From Patescibacteria group bacterium (GTDB taxonomy: Bacteria > Patescibacteriota > Minisyncoccia > Phycocordibacterales > WO2-35-19), in assembly GCA_038064735.1 (NCBI GenBank), contig JBBTSI010000003.1, positions 21,154 to 85,153 of the forward strand: a stretch of DNA of 64,000 nucleotides. The letters are read 5' to 3'. Under the pieces are notes generated by a model. It saw only the letters and a program-made list of their open reading frames with translations, ran no database searches and had not been told where the DNA came from. How positions within the stretch are numbered: position 1 is the stretch's first letter; the number at the start of each line of letters is the position of its first letter. Of this stretch, positions 56,666-64,000 are shown piece by piece. The position numbers and the translations under genes are program-made.

Positions 56666-58489
56666 ATGGAAAAACACCCCCTTCACCTCAAAATCCCAGA
56701 ACTGCAAAAGTCAGAAGAAGTAGAATTAGCTGTAGAAAAACAGGAACGTCTAACTGAGGAAAAAATACCCAACAATCCCAACGAAAGAATAGAAGCATAC
56801 ATGGATCGTTTGGAAAACATCTTCCTCAACCCCAACGAACGGGTAAGAGAAAGGAACCTGGAGATGGTCAAAAACAAGATATACGATAACCTCCTCATCA
56901 AGAAAGAAAACTTCCCTGAGTCATACTTCGAACTCCAAAAAAGAGTAGCTAGAGAACAAGGTCACGGTGATATAGAAATCACTCCGGAAATGCGTGACCA
57001 AATGATGAATGTAGCTATCGAAGACCAAAAACATTCTCTAGACCAATGGACAGACTACCTCACATCAGAAGATGCTGTCTATCCGGCTTGGTTTAAATAC
57101 TACGCTTGGAGCCAAGTCATTAAGTTATCTCAATTTGATAAAGAAAGAGGTGAATTCAAAAAACGCACTGACTCTACCGTCGCTCCATACCCCGATATAT
57201 ACCGCGAACCCCTAGCTGAACTCTGCGACCTTTACGAAAAAGTTAAGGAAGATAACAAGGCTCTCAAAGATGATGAAGTCAAAAGACTCTTTTCTGAAAG
57301 ATTTCCTTCTGCTTACGCCGAACTCATTCAAAAATCCCTCGCTTCTCAAATTGAAAATCAAGAAGAAATCAAAGGAGAATGGATAAAGTATGAACAAGGT
57401 GATATGAGACAAGCCGAGAAACTCTACGAATCTCTGGAAGGCAAAGGCACTGGTTGGTGTACTGCAGGCAAGTCAACCGCTAAAACTCAAGTTGAACAAG
57501 GAGATTTTTATGTATATTACACTAACGATTCAGAAGATAAACCCACTCAACCCAGATTAGCTATCCGTATGAACGGTCAAAACAAAATTGGTGAAATTCG
57601 AGGTATTTTACCTCATCAAAACGTTGAATCTATGATGCAAGATGTATTAGACAGAAAACTCAACACCTTTGGTGACGCTGGTGATATCTACAGAGAAAAA
57701 AGCTATGATATGCAACGTCTCACTAAGATTGAGGAAAAGACCAAATCAAACCAAGAACTTTCAAAAGAAGACCTCATCTTTCTCTACGAAATCAACAGAA
57801 AGATTGAAGGGTTTGGGTATGACAAAGATCCGAGAATTGAGGAGATTAGAGGAGAGAGGAATATAAAAGAAGACGCGCCAATCATACTTGAATGCAAACC
57901 TGAAGAAATCGCTACCAATGAAAGTGAAATAACAGAAAACACCAAAGCCTACATTGGCAAACTTTTTCCCAACATATTTAAAACCAACATTAACCCAGAT
58001 AATATTTATACTTCTTTTCCTGAAGGCAAAATTCAAAAATATGAGACTCAGATTGGAGGAAAAACTAAAGATGAATTAATGCTAGAAATGCAAGAAAAAA
58101 ATATCAATATTTCAGATTATGCTAAGGATATGTTAAACAGCCAAGATTTTACTACTCAAACAAATCAAGAAAACCTCAATCTCGTCAGACTAACTGTCAA
58201 AGACTTGGGATTCCCAAATGGCACTACTACAGATGAAATTTACAAGAAAGCCGAAGAATTCGGTTTAGAACTCTGTCCCGCTGAAGTCGGCCCATCCCTC
58301 AGACTCTCATATTTAGGGAAAGATTATATGGTTATCGCTATGAAGCAAATCACAGACCGCGACGGCCGCCTGAGAGTGTTTGACCTCTACTGGTATGGCG
58401 GCAAGCTCGTACTGAGCACGTTTTACGCTAAGCCTTCGAATAGGTGGGATGACTACCACAAGTTCATTTTTCGTTCCCGCAAGTCTTAG
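56666..58489 (+). CDS. DGR target protein (C-terminal variable region, CLec-like fold expected)
   Basis: Last ~45 codons match TR; GLELCPAEVG precedes VR; WCTAG-containing central domain. Confidence 0.9.
   Translation: MEKHPLHLKIPELQKSEEVELAVEKQERLTEEKIPNNPNERIEAYMDRLENIFLNPNERVRERNLEMVKNKIYDNLLIKKENFPESYFELQKRVAREQGHGDIEITPEMRDQMMNVAIEDQKHSLDQWTDYLTSEDAVYPAWFKYYAWSQVIKLSQFDKERGEFKKRTDSTVAPYPDIYREPLAELCDLYEKVKEDNKALKDDEVKRLFSERFPSAYAELIQKSLASQIENQEEIKGEWIKYEQGDMRQAEKLYESLEGKGTGWCTAGKSTAKTQVEQGDFYVYYTNDSEDKPTQPRLAIRMNGQNKIGEIRGILPHQNVESMMQDVLDRKLNTFGDAGDIYREKSYDMQRLTKIEEKTKSNQELSKEDLIFLYEINRKIEGFGYDKDPRIEEIRGERNIKEDAPIILECKPEEIATNESEITENTKAYIGKLFPNIFKTNINPDNIYTSFPEGKIQKYETQIGGKTKDELMLEMQEKNINISDYAKDMLNSQDFTTQTNQENLNLVRLTVKDLGFPNGTTTDEIYKKAEEFGLELCPAEVGPSLRLSYLGKDYMVIAMKQITDRDGRLRVFDLYWYGGKLVLSTFYAKPSNRWDDYHKFIFRSRKS
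58352..58485 (+). repeat. DGR variable repeat (VR)
   Basis: 134 nt; 18 differences from TR, 17 at TR adenines. Confidence 0.95.
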
Positions 58490-58826
58490 AGATTTGGATA
58501 CTTAGTTTCTTAATTCCAATTTTCCTTATTTAGATTTTTTGAAATTTTGATACTTTGGTTTTTATTTTTTTAAAATTCTGTATACTAAATTCAGATTGGT
58601 TATTTTGGACGGTCACGGCTTTCCAAAACCTTTCCGATACAAATAAATTGAGATTATAAACGGCCACGGCTTTTTATAGAGTAATTTATTTTGTATTCTA
58701 AAAAGAAATATACTTGGTATATGGTGCTGTGTGATTTGAGATCATGCATAAAATTAAACTCAAGTTTTTGTTTTTCATTAAATAATCACAAGAGAAGAAC
58801 GGTGTAATAGATGGCGCTGTATACAA

Positions 58827-58960
58827 ACAGACCGCGACGGCAACCTGAAAGTGTTTAACCTCAACTGGAATGGCGACAAGCTCAAACTGAACACGAACAA
58901 CGCTAAGCCTTCGAATAGGTGGAATGACAACAACAAGTTCATTTTTCGTTCCCGAAAGTC
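58827..58960 (+). repeat. DGR template repeat (TR)
   Basis: AAC/AAT-rich copy of VR. Confidence 0.95.
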
Positions 58961-58981
58961 ACTTCTTTTCCTTGCTGGATT

Positions 58982-59383
58982 TTATCTCGCAAGGTTTTTC
59001 TTTTCCGGATTTTCTAAATTTTTCCTCCAACCACCAAACATTTTACCGATTTCTTTCAATTTTTCTCCAATTTCTGCGTATTGTTTATGAGAAATTAGTT
59101 TACCTTCCCAAGTTATATGAATCAAAAATTTGATGGCGTCCAAATCTAAAATACACTGGTTTATCCTTTCTATTTTCTTATCTTTTTCGATAAAATAGGC
59201 TATATATGAAAGTTCCAGCAAATCCAAAAATTTATTCTCAATGCGAGCACCAATGCTGTGGCGTTGGCCTTTAGGCACATGATCAAGAATACTTACCCAA
59301 AGCAAATATGCCTCTTTGATGCGTTGAAGTATCGAGGCGTTAACGAGAGAGAGAGAGAGAGAGAGAGTAGAAAATTGCGCCAT
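58982..59383 (-). CDS. avd: DGR accessory variability determinant (Avd-like four-helix bundle)
   Basis: PKGQRHSIGARIEN, EIGKMFGGW; lies between TR and RT; TGGTATCGT 7 nt before the ATG. Confidence 0.85.
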   Translation of the reverse strand: MAQFSTLSLSLSLVNASILQRIKEAYLLWVSILDHVPKGQRHSIGARIENKFLDLLELSYIAYFIEKDKKIERINQCILDLDAIKFLIHITWEGKLISHKQYAEIGEKLKEIGKMFGGWRKNLENPEKKNLAR

Positions 59384-60367
59384 AAATATAACGATACCAT
59401 ATCAGTAGAAAATTTGCTCCACTCTTGGCAGGAATTTTTGTGTGGCAAGAAAAAACGCAAAGATGTAGCCGAATTTTTATTAAATTTTTCTGATAATATT
59501 TTTGATTTGCGTCAAGAACTCAAAAACAAAACTTACAAACACGGTGGATATCATGCTTTCAAAATAAATGACCCAAAACCAAGGAGTATTCATAAAGCTA
59601 GTGTCAGAGACAGACTTTTACACCATGTAATTTATAATGCTCTGTATCCGTATTTTGACCGGAAATTTATTTTTGATTCGTATTCTTGTAGGTTTGGGAA
59701 GGGGACACATAAGGCTATAAATCGTTTCAGAGAATTTGGCCGCAAAGTCTCAACAAATCATACTAAAACCTGTTGGGTATTGAAGTGTGATATCAGGAAG
59801 TTTTTTGCTAGTATTAATCATAATCTTTTGAAAGATATTCTTGATAAAAATATCAAAGACCCAGACATTTTTTGGCTACTTAATCAGGTTATAGATAGCT
59901 TTAATACAGAAAACAAAGTTGATGTCGGTTTGCCTCTCGGTAACCTTACAAGTCAGATTTTTGTAAACATTTATATGGACAAATTTGATCAGTTTATGAA
60001 AAGAGAAATCAAAGCCAAATATTATATAAGATACGCAGATGATTTTGTGATTTTAAGCGAAAACAAAAATTATCTTTTAAAACTTATACCTAAAATCGCT
60101 AGTTTTTTAGAAGAAAAATTAAAATTAGAATTGCACCCAAACAAACTTTTTGTTAAAACCTTATCTTCAGGGATTGATTTTCTGGGCTGGGTGCATTTTC
60201 CTAAGTATAGAGTTTTGAGAACTAGCACCAAAAATAGAATGTTTAGAAGACTAGCAGGGGAATTTAAAAAAGAAACAGGGGCTTCGTATTCAGGACTATT
60301 GAGTCATGGGAACGGGTTTAAGTTGGGGGAGAGAATTAAGTTGTTGCAAAAGCAAAATTTGGTATAA
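59279..60367 (+). CDS. DGR reverse transcriptase
   Basis: PKPRSI, RDRLLHH, SCRFGKGTH, KCDIRKFF, GLPLGNLTSQ, RYADD, DFLG; start uncertain (59258, 59279, 59324 or 59375). Confidence 0.93.
   Translation: MIKNTYPKQICLFDALKYRGVNERERERESRKLRHKYNDTISVENLLHSWQEFLCGKKKRKDVAEFLLNFSDNIFDLRQELKNKTYKHGGYHAFKINDPKPRSIHKASVRDRLLHHVIYNALYPYFDRKFIFDSYSCRFGKGTHKAINRFREFGRKVSTNHTKTCWVLKCDIRKFFASINHNLLKDILDKNIKDPDIFWLLNQVIDSFNTENKVDVGLPLGNLTSQIFVNIYMDKFDQFMKREIKAKYYIRYADDFVILSENKNYLLKLIPKIASFLEEKLKLELHPNKLFVKTLSSGIDFLGWVHFPKYRVLRTSTKNRMFRRLAGEFKKETGASYSGLLSHGNGFKLGERIKLLQKQNLV
59345..59367. repeat. (GA)11G simple sequence repeat in the avd/RT overlap
   Basis: 23-nt pure GA tract; reads SLSLSL in Avd and ERERERE in the RT frame. 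Confidence 0.95.
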
Positions 60368-60376
60368 TGGGGACTT

Positions 60377-60679
60377 ATGGCAAATCTAGATGTAGAAAAA
60401 ATAATAAAAAGGGTCCAAAACGAGTCTGATAAAAAGATGAAAGAGTATATGGAACGATACGTTGGATCCCTACAGGAACATACTAATGACAGATTTAAAA
60501 TTATTAAAGAGGGGATGGATGGTATAAATCAAAGATTAGATTCTCATACAGAAATGATAAGTTCTCTTGCGGAAGATATAACAGAAATAAAAAATGGTAT
60601 GAGGCAAAAAGTTGAACGCTATGAATTTGAAGCGCTTACAAAAAGAGTTTCTGTTGTTGAAAGAAAAATCACACACTAA
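60377..60679 (+). CDS. hypothetical coiled-coil protein
   Basis: Heptad pattern; TGGTATAAT 8 nt upstream, overlapping the RT stop. Confidence 0.65.
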   Translation: MANLDVEKIIKRVQNESDKKMKEYMERYVGSLQEHTNDRFKIIKEGMDGINQRLDSHTEMISSLAEDITEIKNGMRQKVERYEFEALTKRVSVVERKITH

Positions 60680-60696
60680 ATTTAAAAAATATATTT

Positions 60697-61245
60697 ATGT
60701 TTGATTTTTCAGAATTAAAAACAAAAAGCAAAGAAGTGGAAAATTGGCTGTCCAAAGAGCTTTCAGTTATCCGTACTGGCAGAGCCAATTCTTCTATTCT
60801 TGATTTCGTCCAAGTTGAAGCTTACGGTTCAAAAATGTCCATCAAAGAATTGGCCAATATTACTGTAGAAGATGCCAAGACAGTGAGGATAGAGCCTTGG
60901 GATATGACAGTCGGCAAAAGTATTGAAAAGGCGATCAGCACTTCAAATCTTGGACTTTCAGTTGCAGCTTTTGATAAAGGTTTGCGTATTATTTTTCCAG
61001 AACTTACAGCTGAAAGAAGAGAGCAGTTCGTCAAAGTAGCCAAAGGACAACTTGAAGAAGCTAAAATGTCTTTGCGAAGTTTGCGTGATAAAACCGGTAA
61101 AGCTATTGAAGAAAAAGAAAAAGCTGGTGGTATGGGTGAAGATGACAAATTCAGATTAAAAGAAGAGATGCAAAAGATTATAGATGCAAGTGTTAGTATG
61201 TTAGAACAAATGGCTGAGAAAAAAGAGAAAGAAATAAAGAGTTAA
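60697..61245 (+). CDS. frr: ribosome recycling factor
   Basis: IRTGRAN, PELTAERREQ, KEKEI. Confidence 0.95.
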   Translation: MFDFSELKTKSKEVENWLSKELSVIRTGRANSSILDFVQVEAYGSKMSIKELANITVEDAKTVRIEPWDMTVGKSIEKAISTSNLGLSVAAFDKGLRIIFPELTAERREQFVKVAKGQLEEAKMSLRSLRDKTGKAIEEKEKAGGMGEDDKFRLKEEMQKIIDASVSMLEQMAEKKEKEIKS

Positions 61246-61250
61246 AATAA

Positions 61251-62444
61251 ATGACAATTATAATCTTTCTAATTATCTTGGGAGTACTCGTGTTTGTTCA
61301 TGAGCTTGGGCATTTTTTGTTTGCTAAAGGTGCTGGAGTCAGAGTGGATGAATTTGGTTTTGGTTATCCACCGAGAGCTTTGAAATTGGGCAAAAAGTGG
61401 GGAACTTTATTTTCTTTAAATTGGATTCCTTTTGGTGGTTTCGTTAAAATTTTCGGTGAAAATTATGATGAGGAGGAAGATGAAAGTTTTCCTTCACCCC
61501 AAGATCAGAAATCCACGGATATTTTTCTGCTGAAAAATTCCTCGTGCTCGGCTCAGTCAGCCTCGCAAGGGATTTCTGATTCTCGGGGTTCGAAAAACCT
61601 ACCATTTACAAAAGTTTCTAAAAAATGGCAGGCATCTATACTTTTTGCCGGCATCTTTTTTAATATTCTTTTTGCTTGGTTTTTGTTTAGTGTTGGGTTT
61701 TTGATTGGTGTACCTTCTCCGGTAGATAATGATTTTGGTGCGGAAGTTAAAAATCCAATCTTAACGGTAGTTGGACTGGTCCCAGAATTTCCCGCTCAAA
61801 AAGCAGGATTAAAAACAGGTGATAAAGTTTTGAATATATCTTTAAATAATGGAAAAGTTTTGCAAAACCCAACTTCAGAAAATGTTTCCGATTTTATAAA
61901 TCAATCTTCCGGTCAAATTAATGTGCAAATCGATAGGGGGGCAAAAATTTTGGATTTCAAAATCACACCGGAAACTAATACAACTTCAAACAAAAAAATA
62001 ATAGGCATAGAAATGGACACGATAGGCACATTAAAACTTCCTATACACAAAGCTATTTATGAAGGAGGCAGGACCACGATAAGACTTTCTTATCTGACAG
62101 TTGAGAGTATTGCCGGTTTGATAAAAGGTGTACTCACAGGTAAAGCCAATATTTCTGAAGTGACCGGTCCGGTTGGCATCGTGGGTTTGGTGGGGGATGC
62201 ATCAAGGCTCGGCTTCTCGTATCTCCTTACTTTTACCGCTCTAATTTCCATAAATCTTGCTGTAGTGAACTTGGTGCCATTCCCAGCTCTTGATGGTGGG
62301 CGCATTCTTTTTGTAGCTATTGAAGGCATCACCCGCCGAAAAATAAATCCAAAAGTAGCCAATACTTTGAACACTGTCGGTTTCACTCTTCTCATCATTG
62401 TCATGCTCATCGTCACTTATCGTGATATTCTTAAACTTTTCTAA
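61251..62444 (+). CDS. rseP: RIP metalloprotease RseP (M50) with in-frame insert
   Basis: HELGH, IPFGGFV, PDZ domain, NLVPFPALDGG. Confidence 0.93.
   Translation: MTIIIFLIILGVLVFVHELGHFLFAKGAGVRVDEFGFGYPPRALKLGKKWGTLFSLNWIPFGGFVKIFGENYDEEEDESFPSPQDQKSTDIFLLKNSSCSAQSASQGISDSRGSKNLPFTKVSKKWQASILFAGIFFNILFAWFLFSVGFLIGVPSPVDNDFGAEVKNPILTVVGLVPEFPAQKAGLKTGDKVLNISLNNGKVLQNPTSENVSDFINQSSGQINVQIDRGAKILDFKITPETNTTSNKKIIGIEMDTIGTLKLPIHKAIYEGGRTTIRLSYLTVESIAGLIKGVLTGKANISEVTGPVGIVGLVGDASRLGFSYLLTFTALISINLAVVNLVPFPALDGGRILFVAIEGITRRKINPKVANTLNTVGFTLLIIVMLIVTYRDILKLF
61486..61598. repeat. in-frame structured element (family D) in rseP
   Basis: Core nearly identical to the fmt insert, with compensatory stem changes. 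Confidence 0.85.
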
Positions 62445-62490
62445 GATATTTTATTTTGCTCAAAAACAGGGTTTGAGGTATTATTAAAAT

Positions 62491-63720
62491 ATGAGACAAT
62501 CACAACTTTTTACAAAGACTAGGCGTGAAGCGCCGTCTGATGAGACCTCTAAAAACGCAGAGCTTCTGATACGCGGTGGTTATATTCATAAAGAAATGGC
62601 GGGAGTTTATTCATACTTGCCACTTGGTTTGAATGTGATAAAAAAAATTGAAAATATAATTAGAGAAGAAATGAACGTTATTGGAGGTATAGAAATGAAA
62701 ACATCAATACTCCAAAATAAAGAAGTGTGGGAAAAGTCAAATAGATGGGATGATAGTGTAGTAGACAATTGGTTTAAAACTAAATTAAAAAATGGTGCAG
62801 ATGTTGGATTATCTTGGACTAATGAAGAAAGCTATACCAATGTGTTGAAACAATATATAAATTCCTATAAAGATTTACCCGTGTATCCATATGATTTTAA
62901 AGAGATTTTCAGAAATGAAGCCAGAAGTAAATCTGGCATTATGAGAGGCAGAGAGTTTTATTGGAAAGCTTTGTATTCGTTTTCTAGAGATGAAGCTGAA
63001 CACAATGTTTTTTATGAAAAGGCAAAAATAGCATATCAAAATATTTTTGAAAGAGTGGGTGTTGGTAGCTCAACCTACATAACTTTTTCGTCCGGGGGCA
63101 CTTTTTCTAAATTTTCTCACGAATTTCAGACTATTACCGAGGCGGGCGAAGATACTATTTATGTTGATGAAAAAAATAAAATAGCTGTGAATAGAGAAGT
63201 TTATACTGATGAAGTTATTGAAAGTTTGAATTTGAAAAAAGATGAGCTTGTGGAGAAAAAAGCTATTGAAGTTGGAAACATATTTACCCTTGGAACTAAA
63301 TTTTCAGAACCTTTTGATCTGAAATACAAAAATGAAAAAGGAGAATTTGAAATGGTCTTCATGGGTTGTTACGGTATTGGTTTGGGAAGACTTATGGGAA
63401 CTGTGGTGGAATTTCTTTCCGATGACAAAGGCATCATTTGGCCAGAGAGTGTTGCGCCGTTTAAATACAGTTTGATTGAAATTCCTTCAGAAAAACCAGA
63501 AGTGAAAGAAATGGCGGAAAAAATTTATAAAAAATTTGGTGAAAATAATGTTTTATATGATGACAGGAATGCTAGGGCTGGAGAGAAGTTTGCAGATGCA
63601 GATTTGCTTGGTATGCCTTATCAAATTATTGTTAGTGAAAAAAATGTAGCAATCGGAAAATTGGAATTAAAAAATAGAAAAACCGGAGAGGTAAAAATGG
63701 TCACAGAAGACGAACTCTAA
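62491..63720 (+). CDS. proS: proline--tRNA ligase (no editing domain)
   Basis: MRQSQLF, AGVYSYLPLG, FRNEAR, MRGREF, GCYGIG. Confidence 0.93.
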   Translation: MRQSQLFTKTRREAPSDETSKNAELLIRGGYIHKEMAGVYSYLPLGLNVIKKIENIIREEMNVIGGIEMKTSILQNKEVWEKSNRWDDSVVDNWFKTKLKNGADVGLSWTNEESYTNVLKQYINSYKDLPVYPYDFKEIFRNEARSKSGIMRGREFYWKALYSFSRDEAEHNVFYEKAKIAYQNIFERVGVGSSTYITFSSGGTFSKFSHEFQTITEAGEDTIYVDEKNKIAVNREVYTDEVIESLNLKKDELVEKKAIEVGNIFTLGTKFSEPFDLKYKNEKGEFEMVFMGCYGIGLGRLMGTVVEFLSDDKGIIWPESVAPFKYSLIEIPSEKPEVKEMAEKIYKKFGENNVLYDDRNARAGEKFADADLLGMPYQIIVSEKNVAIGKLELKNRKTGEVKMVTEDEL

Positions 63721-63732
63721 AATTTGTGCTAA

Positions 63733-64000
<268 letters not shown>

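Larger units (their letters stand above)
56666..60367. mobile_element. diversity-generating retroelement (target-VR, TR, antisense avd, RT)
   Basis: VR/TR pair differing almost only at TR adenines, plus avd-like and RT genes. Confidence 0.95.

Noticed and set aside
58851-59133. ORFs 58851-59090 and 58924-59133
   Set aside because: By-products of the TR being a copy of a coding VR and of the antisense avd
59258-60367. RT as group II intron, retron or CRISPR-associated RT
   Set aside because: No maturase/endonuclease extension or cas genes; the TR/VR pair and avd identify a DGR

Overview
AT-rich chromosomal segment from a Patescibacteria (CPR, Parcubacteria-like) genome. The lineage is inferred from the VirB2/TrbC-like pilin array, short IF2, degenerate PriA, HTH-MurA fusion and typical CPR orphan genes; genetic code 11. 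It holds housekeeping genes (infB, rbfA, clpB, murA/C/D, miaA, parB, relA/spoT, topA, dprA, serS, fmt, def, priA, two mreB, frr, rseP, proS), RNase P RNA, eight tRNAs and a fermentative block (group 3b-like NiFe hydrogenase, 2-oxoacid:ferredoxin oxidoreductase, ADP-forming acetate-CoA ligase, Fe-S assembly genes). Main findings: (1) A complete diversity-generating retroelement (56666-60367). Its avd gene is antisense and overlaps the RT head-to-head across a (GA)11 repeat, a candidate phase-variable switch, and a structured RNA leader precedes the TR. (2) About 19 short palindromic or repeat elements of several families inserted in-frame in housekeeping proteins. Some show compensatory base changes, one family supplies start/stop codons, and one element matches the REP flanking a RAYT transposase. 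(3) A group I intron splitting the anticodon of tRNA-Asn(GTT). (4) Three free-standing homing-endonuclease-like genes, each directly upstream of a tRNA. (5) Widespread leaderless-type promoters. All calls come from manual reading; no database searches were run.
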